Shown piece after piece: positions 38,300 to 46,330 of a stretch of 61,177 nucleotides of DNA. Position 1 is the stretch's first letter. Every line of letters starts with the position of its first letter. A program made the translations under genes and the position numbers. The stretch lies in the NCBI GenBank assembly GCA_021155885.1, contig JAJNBB010000005.1, positions 1-61,177 on the forward strand. Reading direction: 5' to 3'. The DNA is from Fibrobacteria bacterium (GTDB lineage: Bacteria; Fibrobacterota; Fibrobacteria; UBA11236). Under the pieces are notes generated by a model. The model had not been told where the DNA came from and did no database searches. It worked only from the letters and a program-made list of their open reading frames with translations.

Positions 38300-40721
38300 T
38301 TTTCCTCCCGGTGGGAGAAGGGTTATCCCGGAGCGTTTCCGGGCGTGGGTCGGAATGAAAACGGAGGGATCCGGAAAGTTCCGGAAGGGGTATCCGCAGG
38401 TGCGGGCCGAGGAAATCGCCGTCGATCCCGCGCGCGCGGGCGAAGGCCGCGGGCAGGCACAGCACGAGGTTCGCCGGATCCTGATGTTCCCGGCGCGCGC
38501 AGGACCATTCCACGGTCACGGAACGCGTCCCGCATTCCAGGCGGAAGGCGACGTCCCCGTGCAAGGTCGGCGCGCCTTCGGCCCGGATCACGGCGCCCGG
38601 GCGGAACCATCCCTCGGGTGCTCCGGAAAGCAGCAACAGGCTTCCCTTGCCGCCGCGGCCGGGCTCTTCGCGGACCAGCAGGTCGCGGATCAGGTTCAGG
38701 AATTCGGCCGCGGCCCAGCCGTGATCGCCGTCGCCCATGCAGCCGCCGCCCGTGCGCGGGTGGATCGCCTCGGGCCAGGCGAGCGTGGGGCCGCCATGCC
38801 GGAGCAGCGCCTCGAGGATGTCGAAGGCGCGCGGGTCCTGGCGATGCATCAGCGCGCGGGCCAGCTGGGCCGAAAGGTAGGGGTTCAGCCCGGTGTGGAT
38901 GATTTTTTGCAGGAAGAGCCCGTCGCGGAGATTGCCGCGCACGAGGAATTCGACCGTCTCGGCGACCCACTCCGCGCGCGGGTCCACGATGGCGAGGGGA
39001 GAAACCGCCGCGAGGTTCCCCACCGCCGCGGAATCGATGCCCCGGTAGGGGGAGCAGGGCAGGCCCTCGCCTCCGGCGCGCTTGAACGTCTCGCGGATCG
39101 AGGCCTCGACCTCGGCGCGGTACTGCGTCAGCAGCACCTCGATCCAGGCGGTCTCGCGCGGCTTTTCCAGAAAGCGCGCCGCCCACAACAATTTTTCCAG
39201 TCCCGCCAGGCTCCAGAAGTTGTCCCAGTAGTAGTGGTCGTTCGGCCCGAAATGCTCCGCCGAGAACCCGGCGGGCAGCAACCCGTAATGCAACGAGGCG
39301 GGCGTCGCCCGTCCCGTGCGCCCGCGGCGCCGCATCGCGTCGATCCAGCGCGCGCCGCGCATCAGCGCCGGCCAGGCCCGCGCCAGCAGCGCCGGGTCGC
39401 CGCCGCGTTGCACGTGGCCGATCAGGGTCCACAGCGCCTGCCCGTTGCTGTCCCATTCGCCGTTCTGGCTGCGGAAGAACCCCGAGGGTTCCTGCCGCTC
39501 TAGGGAGCGGTCCATCTTGCCCGCGACGCGCGCGCGCATGCCCATCTGGTCGAACGCCAGCGCGATGAAGGCGGAGTCGCGGAACCAGTGCCCGTGGTAG
39601 AGGAAGGAGCCCGGCGAAAAGCGGTCGCCGTCGTCGAACACGTTCAGGCGCCCCTTCACGGCCCGGAACGCGGCGTCCAGCGCGGGGTGGGGGATCTCGA
39701 TACGCAACCCCGTTTTTTCCGCGGCGCGCAAGCGGTTCAATTCATTGTCGCGCGCGAAGCCGATTTCCTTCAGGCTCGGCAGGGCCGGCCTGGACTTGCC
39801 GCCGCGCGAAAGGATGCCCACGCAGACGATCTCGCGCTCGCCCGCGGCCGGAATTTCCAGGTCGAACTCCGCGACGGCCGAGAGCATCCCCGATTTCGAA
39901 ACCAGCCTCCGCTGGTCCAGGCCGCGGTCGGGGTGCACCAGCGAATCTCCCTGCCAGCGGTTCGACAGCGTCACGCGCTTCGGCAGTTCCGGAAAATAGA
40001 GCGCGTTCTTCCCGTTCACGCGAAAGAAATTTCCCTCCTGCCCGACCTCGCCGATGGGGCTGAACATGAGAGGATTATAGGGCCGCACGGCGATGCCGAG
40101 GATGAGCGCGCGGGGCTCCTGCGTGAGATTGCGCGCCCGGTGCGTGCACACCAGCCATTCCTGGTCTCCGTGCTTGACCGCCAGCGCTTCCGAGGTCCAT
40201 TCAAGACCCGGGGGAGCCGGGTACGCCGTGCGGATGCACGGGAGGGTGCCCTCCAGCAATTCCTGCCGCACGCCTTGCAGGCGGGGAGGCAAATAGTTCG
40301 CCCCCCCGGCGCGCAGGTAGGAGAAAAAGGACCAGCCATAGGGCCGCAGGGTGGCCATGCCCACGGGATCGATCATCGCTTCGCGTTGCGACCCGTTCGC
40401 GCCCAGCGCGGTCCAGTTGCGCGCGGTGAGATTGTTCTTGATCACGTTCGTGCCCGTCGGAAGGAACGCGGCCGAGTCGGGGTCGATTTGTCGCTCCACC
40501 CACCAGGGCCATACCCAGGTCGGGTTGCTCTGCACCGCCAAGGTGTTGTTGAGGCCGGCGAGGATGACGGAGAGCCCTTGCTCGACGAGTTCGGCGGGGA
40601 AGGAAATGTCGGCGGGCCGTCCCGCATGCCGGAGCGAGTTGAAGAGGGGGATCAGGTGCTTCTTGCCCGTCCAGCGGAGGTAGGTCCGCACCAGCGCGTC
40701 GCTGAGAAACGAAAAGTTCAA
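38286..40721 (-). CDS. Uncharacterised six-hairpin (alpha/alpha)6 glycosidase-like protein
   Basis: WFRDS, EWDSNGQ, YYWDNFW, WPEA, HGWAAAE; TTG start uncertain. Confidence 0.75.
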   Translation of the reverse strand: MNFSFLSDALVRTYLRWTGKKHLIPLFNSLRHAGRPADISFPAELVEQGLSVILAGLNNTLAVQSNPTWVWPWWVERQIDPDSAAFLPTGTNVIKNNLTARNWTALGANGSQREAMIDPVGMATLRPYGWSFFSYLRAGGANYLPPRLQGVRQELLEGTLPCIRTAYPAPPGLEWTSEALAVKHGDQEWLVCTHRARNLTQEPRALILGIAVRPYNPLMFSPIGEVGQEGNFFRVNGKNALYFPELPKRVTLSNRWQGDSLVHPDRGLDQRRLVSKSGMLSAVAEFDLEIPAAGEREIVCVGILSRGGKSRPALPSLKEIGFARDNELNRLRAAEKTGLRIEIPHPALDAAFRAVKGRLNVFDDGDRFSPGSFLYHGHWFRDSAFIALAFDQMGMRARVAGKMDRSLERQEPSGFFRSQNGEWDSNGQALWTLIGHVQRGGDPALLARAWPALMRGARWIDAMRRRGRTGRATPASLHYGLLPAGFSAEHFGPNDHYYWDNFWSLAGLEKLLWAARFLEKPRETAWIEVLLTQYRAEVEASIRETFKRAGGEGLPCSPYRGIDSAAVGNLAAVSPLAIVDPRAEWVAETVEFLVRGNLRDGLFLQKIIHTGLNPYLSAQLARALMHRQDPRAFDILEALLRHGGPTLAWPEAIHPRTGGGCMGDGDHGWAAAEFLNLIRDLLVREEPGRGGKGSLLLLSGAPEGWFRPGAVIRAEGAPTLHGDVAFRLECGTRSVTVEWSCARREHQDPANLVLCLPAAFARARGIDGDFLGPHLRIPLPELSGSLRFHSDPRPETLRDNPSPTGRKNVPV

Positions 40722-40762
40722 GTGGTGTCGAAAGCCTTGTAGTGCGGCATTTGCGGGTAAGA

Positions 40763-40794
40763 GTAACCGGTTTCGGACCGGCTGAACCGGTTCG
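40763..40794. promoter_or_regulatory. Tandem AACCGGTT palindromes (putative LacI-family operators)
   Basis: AACCGGTT at 40765-40772 and 40785-40792, 20 bp apart, just upstream of the glycosidase-like gene. Confidence 0.4.
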
Positions 40795-41165
40795 GAAGAC
40801 CATGTAACGGGAGTGAAACATTATGGGAACGCGTTGGTTACCGAAACCCGGATGTTAACACTTGTGAACAGATTGGGAGTAAAAATCCGGAGAAAAATCG
40901 TGCTTTTTGGAGAATTTTGGGGATTTTCCAGGCGAAACCGGGAAGGTTTGTGTCACTTCGTCACGCATGCGATGGCTCTCCGCGTCGTTCGAACCCCTTG
41001 TTCGCGGGGGTTCGCGACGGGGTAACCCGGCGGTCACGGGGCAGGGTAACCTGCGTGTATCGGATCCGGAAAATTCGAAAATCCCTCCGGGCCATGGCGG
41101 GCTCCCCGCCGGAGTTTATCCCGAGCTTGTCGAGGGCGGGCACTCCTCCCGCCGTTACTTTCCTT

Positions 41166-41186
41166 CCCAACCCCCAACCCCCAACG
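41166..41186. repeat. Solo heptamer arm, CCCAACC/CCCAACG x3
   Basis: Read directly; complement of the GTTGGGG unit at 55473. Confidence 0.6.
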
Positions 41187-41220
41187 ACGAAGCCGGGTCT
41201 TCAGGGAGTAATTTTCCCCC

Positions 41221-42567
41221 ATGTCCGATCTGATCCGCCGCGACCTGGCCCATCTTTGGCATCCCTGCTCCCAGATGAAGGACTACGAGGATTTCCCCCC
41301 GGTGGAGGTCACGGGGGCCGCGGGGTCCTACCTGCACCTCCGGAACGGCTCGCGGCTCATCGACGCTTCGTCGAGCTGGTGGTGCAAGTCCCTGGGCCAC
41401 GGGCACGCGCGCCTGCGCGCCGCGCTGTCCCGGCAGGCCGATCGGTTCGAGCACGTGATCTCCGCGAACACGGCGAACGAAACCTTGGTCGGGCTTTCCG
41501 AACGGCTGGCGGCCCTGTGCCCCCCGCTCGACAAGGTGTTCTACGGGGGCGACGGATCCACCGCCGTGGAAATCGCCCTGAAGATGGCCTTGCATGCGCA
41601 ACGCATCCGCGGGCAAACGCAGCGCGTGCGATTCATCGCGCTCGAAAACGGCTATCACGGCGAGAGCGGGCTCGCGCTCGCGGTCAGCGATTTGGGATTG
41701 TACCGCGAACCCTACGCCGAAGTCCTGCCGGAACCCGTCATCCTGCGCGGCCTGCCCTACGTGGCCTCCTCCGCCGATCCCCTATGGAACGACTGCGGCC
41801 CGGCGTGGCCCGCGCTTCAGGCGCAGCTGGAAGTCCACGCGCGCACGGCCGCCGCGCTGATCGTGGAGCCCGTGCTGCAGGGCGCGGGCGGCATGCGCGT
41901 CTACAGCCCCGACCTGCTGCGCCGCCTGCGCGCCTGGACCCGCGCCCACGGAGTCTATCTCATCGCCGACGAAATCCTCACCGGTTTTTGGCGCACGGGA
42001 GAGAAGCTGGCCTGGGACCACGTGCGCGGCGGCGCGGACGCCGCGCCCGACCTGCTGTGCCTGTCGAAGGGCCTGACCGCGGGCTGGCTTCCGTTCTCGG
42101 CGACGCTCGTTCATCCCGAATTGTACGCGCTCTTCTACGCCGACTACGGGCGGGGTCGCGACTTCCTCCATTCGAACACCTATTCGGGCAATGCCCTGGG
42201 CGCGGCGGTGGCCGCGGAGGCGCTGTCGATTTACGACGAGCCCGGCTTCGGCGAAAGCGTGGCGGCGTTGTCCGCGCGACTGGCCGCGGCTTGGACGCAC
42301 GCGGCCGAAGCCACCGGCGCGCTGGAAAACCTCCGCGCGGTCGGCGCCGTGGTCGCCGCGGATCTCCGGCTGCCGGAGAGTCTGCGCGGGCGCCGCGCCG
42401 GTTTCGAGGTCTTCCGGGAGGCCGTCGCGCGGGGCGCGCTCCTGCGTCCCCTGGGCGACACTTTGTATTGGCTGCCGCCCTTGAACACGGAGGAGGAGAC
42501 GGTGGACGAATTGACTCGCATTACCATCGAGAGCATTCAGGCAGTGCGGCGGCGGATGGGGTTTTAG
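41221..42567 (+). CDS. bioA: Adenosylmethionine-8-amino-7-oxononanoate aminotransferase
   Basis: WHPCSQ, SSWW, GSTAVEIALKMA, GYHG, ADEI.TGF, SKGLTAG, LLRPLG. Confidence 0.93.
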   Translation: MSDLIRRDLAHLWHPCSQMKDYEDFPPVEVTGAAGSYLHLRNGSRLIDASSSWWCKSLGHGHARLRAALSRQADRFEHVISANTANETLVGLSERLAALCPPLDKVFYGGDGSTAVEIALKMALHAQRIRGQTQRVRFIALENGYHGESGLALAVSDLGLYREPYAEVLPEPVILRGLPYVASSADPLWNDCGPAWPALQAQLEVHARTAAALIVEPVLQGAGGMRVYSPDLLRRLRAWTRAHGVYLIADEILTGFWRTGEKLAWDHVRGGADAAPDLLCLSKGLTAGWLPFSATLVHPELYALFYADYGRGRDFLHSNTYSGNALGAAVAAEALSIYDEPGFGESVAALSARLAAAWTHAAEATGALENLRAVGAVVAADLRLPESLRGRRAGFEVFREAVARGALLRPLGDTLYWLPPLNTEEETVDELTRITIESIQAVRRRMGF

Positions 42568-42569
42568 AG

Positions 42570-42684
42570 GTTGTTGGTTGTCGGTTGTTGGTTGTTCGCG
42601 AAACGGGAGACGGTTGATTCATTTAAGCGGGCTGGATGCTGTTTTCTGTGTTTTTCCGACAACTAACAACCAACAACCGACAAC
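42570..42684. repeat. Heptamer inverted-arm element after bioA
   Basis: GTTGTYS x4 ... YRACAAC x4. Confidence 0.85.
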
Positions 42685-42823
42685 CACCAAAAGCTTTCCC
42701 GTCCCCTCCCAAGCCTCCAATCCCCGCCGAAAAGCGTTTATTAGATTTCATCTCCTCAAGCCCGTACCCCAAAATCGGCCGTTTACAGGCTGGAATCGGG
42801 AATGGACGCAGAAGGATAACCGC

Positions 42824-43174
42824 ATGAAATACTTGGTTTTTGTCGAAGACGCCGCCAGCCGCAAGCAAATCGAGGATTTGCTCACTTCCACCTCCCAGTC
42901 GTTCGACTCGCTGAGCCTGGCCGACATGCTGGTCAAGGGCAAGGCGGACGGCTACGGCGGAATCGTGACCGAGCACGAAACCTGGCAACGCAGCGCCTCG
43001 GTGCTGCGTTATTTCGAGACGCTGGACGCGCTGAACCAGAAGCCCGTGCTCGTGTTCAGCAAGCTGAAGAAGCAGGGCGGCATCAAGCTGCGCCGCACCA
43101 AGGCCTTCACGGGCTCCAGCCCCCTGCCCGCGCAGGCGAAGGACGTGCAATCCCTGCTGCAGCAAATGGCCTAG
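42824..43174 (+). CDS. Degenerate single-domain receiver (CheY-like) protein
   Basis: AGGA RBS; LVFVED, GIVTE, PVLVFS, SPLP in receiver spacing; 116 aa. Confidence 0.6.
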   Translation: MKYLVFVEDAASRKQIEDLLTSTSQSFDSLSLADMLVKGKADGYGGIVTEHETWQRSASVLRYFETLDALNQKPVLVFSKLKKQGGIKLRRTKAFTGSSPLPAQAKDVQSLLQQMA

Positions 43175-43189
43175 GCCGGCCCCTCCCTC

Positions 43190-43945
43190 GTGCGGGCTTC
43201 CGTGCAGAAAAAGGAATGGTTCGAGCGCTGGTTCGGGGAAGAGTATAAGGCTCTCTACCCGCACCGCGACGAAGCGCAGGCGGCGGCCCAGGCCGACGTC
43301 GTCGCGCGCGCGGCGGGCGCTTCGCCGGGCTGGCGCATTCTCGACGTGGGGTGCGGCGCGGGCCGTCATTTACGCGCCTTGCGTGCTTCCGGTTTCCGGG
43401 TCTTCGGCGTGGATCTCAGCGCGGTCCTGATCCGGGACGCCCGGGACGCCGGCCTGAACGTGGCCCGCGCCGACATGCGCCGGCTTCCCTTTCGCGACCG
43501 CGCCTTCGACCTCGTCACCTGCTTCTTCACATCCTTCGGGTATTTCGACACGGTCGAGGAGGACGTCGCGGCGCTCGCCGAATTCCGCCGCCTCGCGCGC
43601 CCTTCCGGATTCCTGTTTCTCGACCTTCCCAACGCCGCGTACCTGACCGGCCATCTGGTCGCCGACGAGGTGGTGGACCTCGCCGGCCGCCGCGTCGAGG
43701 TGGAACGCCGGCTCCAGGGGGATTCGGTCTTCAAGCGCCTGCGCATCCCGCGCCGCCATTCCGATGAAAAACGCGACGAAGAGTATTTCGAGGAGCGCGT
43801 CCGCCTGTTTCCGCCCGAGCGCCTGGAGCCCATTTTGCGCGAGCTGCGGCTCGAAACGGTCCGTGTTTTCGGCGACGAACGGGGCGCGCCCTTCGACCCC
43901 GCGCTTTCTCCCCGCATGAGCCTGCTGCTCCGGTGCCCCGCATGA
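43190..43945 (+). CDS. Class I SAM-dependent methyltransferase (candidate bacillithiol N-methyltransferase, NmbA-like)
   Basis: EWFERWF..Y..LYPHRD, LDVGCGAGRH, GVDLS, ADMR, FTSFGYF; ATGA-coupled to bshC. Confidence 0.85.
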   Translation: MRASVQKKEWFERWFGEEYKALYPHRDEAQAAAQADVVARAAGASPGWRILDVGCGAGRHLRALRASGFRVFGVDLSAVLIRDARDAGLNVARADMRRLPFRDRAFDLVTCFFTSFGYFDTVEEDVAALAEFRRLARPSGFLFLDLPNAAYLTGHLVADEVVDLAGRRVEVERRLQGDSVFKRLRIPRRHSDEKRDEEYFEERVRLFPPERLEPILRELRLETVRVFGDERGAPFDPALSPRMSLLLRCPA

Positions 43946-45564
43946 AGGAGGTCTCCGTTCCCCTTCGGGACGCCGCGTCCCGGTATTTGAGGGAGCATGC
44001 GGAAGGGTCGCCGCTTTACCCCGCCGGAAGCCTGGCCTCGGGCGCGGCGCGGGAGAAGCGCGCGCGCAAGCTGGACGCGTGGCCCGGAGACCGCGCGGCG
44101 CTTTCCGCCTGGCTCGCGGAGCAAAATTCCCCCGACATCCTCGGGCCCCTGCATCCGGCGCAAGCGAAAAATCTCGCCGCCGCCGCGCAGTCCGGCGCGT
44201 TGTTCGTGCTGACGGGCCAACAGCCGGGACTGCTCGGGGGTCCCGCGCTCGCGCTGCACAAGGCGCTCACCACCGTGGCGCATGCGCGGGCCGCCGCCGC
44301 CGCCTTGGGTCGTCCCGTGATTCCGGTCTTCTGGGCGGCGGGCGACGACTCCGATCTCGCCGAATCCAACGCCGCGGAATTCCTCGAGCCGGCGGCCGCG
44401 ACATCGGGCGTATCCCTGAACTTCGACGATCCCGAGGAAGCGATCCCGATGAGCCTGCGCATCCCCGCCGAGGCGGAGCGCGCGCGGCTGCTGGAATCGC
44501 TGCCCGCCGCTTGGGACGAAGAAACCCGCGCCCTCGCGCGCGCGGCCTACGGAGGCCCGGAAGCGCGCGACCGGAGCCTCACGCAAAGCTTCCTGCGCCT
44601 GATGCAGGCCTTGCTCGGGGACACGGGCCTGCTCTTCGTCGACGGGTTCGCCGCCGCCGCGCGCGCGCAGGGCACCCTGGCGCGGGTCGCGCGCGATGCC
44701 TCCGGGTTCCACGAGGCGCTGGCGCGGGGGACGAAGCGCCTGGCCGACGCCTTGAACCAGCCCCCGCAGGTGCCCGTGCGGCCGGGCACGGTGCCCGTGT
44801 TCCTGCTGGAGAACGGAAGGCGCGAACGGTTGTTCGTCTCCGACTCGGGACGCCTTTATACGGCGGGCGCCGAGGCGCGCGACCTGCGGCCGGAACTGGC
44901 GTCGCGCGCGCTGCTCCACAGCGCCTTGACCCGCCCGCTCGTCGTCGAGGCATTGTTCCCCGCGCTGGGCCATGTGCTGGGGCCCGCGGAGCTGCGCTAC
45001 TTCGCCCAGATCGCCGACGTCTTTCCGGCCTTCGGGCTTTCCTTCCCGCTCCTGGCCCCGCGCGACCAAAGAATGCTCGTGCCGGCTTCCGGCTGGAACG
45101 CCCTGGAAGCTCTCGGCTTCCGCCCCGAGGAATTGTTCGACCTGCGCCCCTCGCTGGCGCGCGAGCGCCTGACGGAGCGGGCCTGGCAGGGACACCCCGC
45201 CGCGGCCAACTTCCCCGAAGGCGCCCAGCGCGGCCTCCTGGAAGCCCTGAAGGCTTACCAGGCGCGCTGGTTCCCCGGGGCGGATTTCGACGCCTCCCAT
45301 CGCCGCCTGGGCCGCGCCTTTGGACATTACCGGGAGCAGGCGCGCAAGCGCGTGTTCGAGCAAAAGGGCGCCGAGGCCCTCCAGGCGCTGCAGCCGTTGC
45401 TGCGTTGGCTGGGCAACGGCGCGCAGGACCGGCACCTGAATTCCCTGTCGCTGCGCCACGCGCTCGGCGCCGGAGGATTCGCGGCCTGGAAGGAGGCGCG
45501 GCCGGATCCCCAGGGCTCCGCGTGCGCGACGCCCTGGACGGACGAGAAAGGACTTTTCGCATGA
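43942..45564 (+). CDS. bshC: Bacillithiol biosynthesis cysteine-adding enzyme
   Basis: TGQQPGLLGGP...K, PVFWAAGDD, RPL, GPAELRYFAQ, PR, QDR..N; next to bshB1 and bshA. Confidence 0.85.
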   Translation: MKEVSVPLRDAASRYLREHAEGSPLYPAGSLASGAAREKRARKLDAWPGDRAALSAWLAEQNSPDILGPLHPAQAKNLAAAAQSGALFVLTGQQPGLLGGPALALHKALTTVAHARAAAAALGRPVIPVFWAAGDDSDLAESNAAEFLEPAAATSGVSLNFDDPEEAIPMSLRIPAEAERARLLESLPAAWDEETRALARAAYGGPEARDRSLTQSFLRLMQALLGDTGLLFVDGFAAAARAQGTLARVARDASGFHEALARGTKRLADALNQPPQVPVRPGTVPVFLLENGRRERLFVSDSGRLYTAGAEARDLRPELASRALLHSALTRPLVVEALFPALGHVLGPAELRYFAQIADVFPAFGLSFPLLAPRDQRMLVPASGWNALEALGFRPEELFDLRPSLARERLTERAWQGHPAAANFPEGAQRGLLEALKAYQARWFPGADFDASHRRLGRAFGHYREQARKRVFEQKGAEALQALQPLLRWLGNGAQDRHLNSLSLRHALGAGGFAAWKEARPDPQGSACATPWTDEKGLFA

Positions 45565-46307
45565 CCGCTGCAAAAAAAGGCGTCGATTTCATGGCGGTGG
45601 CCGCGCACCCGGACGACGCGGAGCTGTTCGCGGGCGGCACTATCCTCAAGCTGCGGGGAATGGGCCGCACGGGCGTTCTCGTAGACATCAGCGACGGCGG
45701 CGCGGGCACGCGCGGCTCGGCGGAGATCCGCGCGCGCGAGGCCGCGGCGGCCGCGAAGGCGCTGGGCGTGCGGCGCGTATGCCTCGGGGAACCCGACGGC
45801 CGCCTGCGCAACACGCTGGAGGCCCAGTGGAAATTGATCGAGGCCATCCGCCGCTTCCGTCCCAAGGTGGTGTTCACCCACCACCCCGCCGAGGAGCATC
45901 CCGACCACGGAGCCACGGCCGCGCTGGTGAAGGAGGCCGTGTTCCGCTCCGGCCTCTCGAAGCTCGACGTTCCCGGAGAGCCGCATCGCCCGGGCCGGAT
46001 CTACTACGCCGTCGCCTCCGCCACGTCCGTTCTTCCGGCCTTCTGCGTGGACGTCACGGCGCAATGGAAGGACAAGCTGCGCGTCATTCGCTGCTACGAG
46101 AGCCAATTTTTCACCCCGGCCGGCGCGAAGGCCGGGCGCTACCCGGGCAAGACCGATCTGTCCACCCCCGCCTTCATGGAGGCCGTGGAGATCCGCGGAC
46201 GCTTCTACGGCGCGCGCATCCGCCGCCGCTATGCCGAGGCGTTCTGGTGCGAGGAAACCGCCGAAGTCATCGACCCCACCGCCTTGGGCGGAGAAAGATT
46301 CCCGTGA
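45561..46307 (+). CDS. bshB1: N-acetylglucosaminyl-malate deacetylase (PIG-L family)
   Basis: AAHPDDAEL..GG, GTRG, HPDH, YESQF, YAEAF. Confidence 0.9.
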   Translation: MTAAKKGVDFMAVAAHPDDAELFAGGTILKLRGMGRTGVLVDISDGGAGTRGSAEIRAREAAAAAKALGVRRVCLGEPDGRLRNTLEAQWKLIEAIRRFRPKVVFTHHPAEEHPDHGATAALVKEAVFRSGLSKLDVPGEPHRPGRIYYAVASATSVLPAFCVDVTAQWKDKLRVIRCYESQFFTPAGAKAGRYPGKTDLSTPAFMEAVEIRGRFYGARIRRRYAEAFWCEETAEVIDPTALGGERFP

Positions 46308-46330
46308 ACGGACGCGCTAAAACATCCCGC

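Noticed and set aside
35609-38902. Very long alternative-frame ORFs (1097 aa here; also 906..3068, 43366..45573, 49026..50930, 56088..58076)
   Set aside because: Arg/Gly/Ala-rich shadows expected at high GC; each overlaps a motif-supported gene
40840-40885. BirA operator upstream of bioA (TGTTAACA...TGTGAACA)
   Set aside because: Does not fit the inverted TGTAAAC-N14-16-GTTTACA arrangement and lies more than 330 bp from bioA
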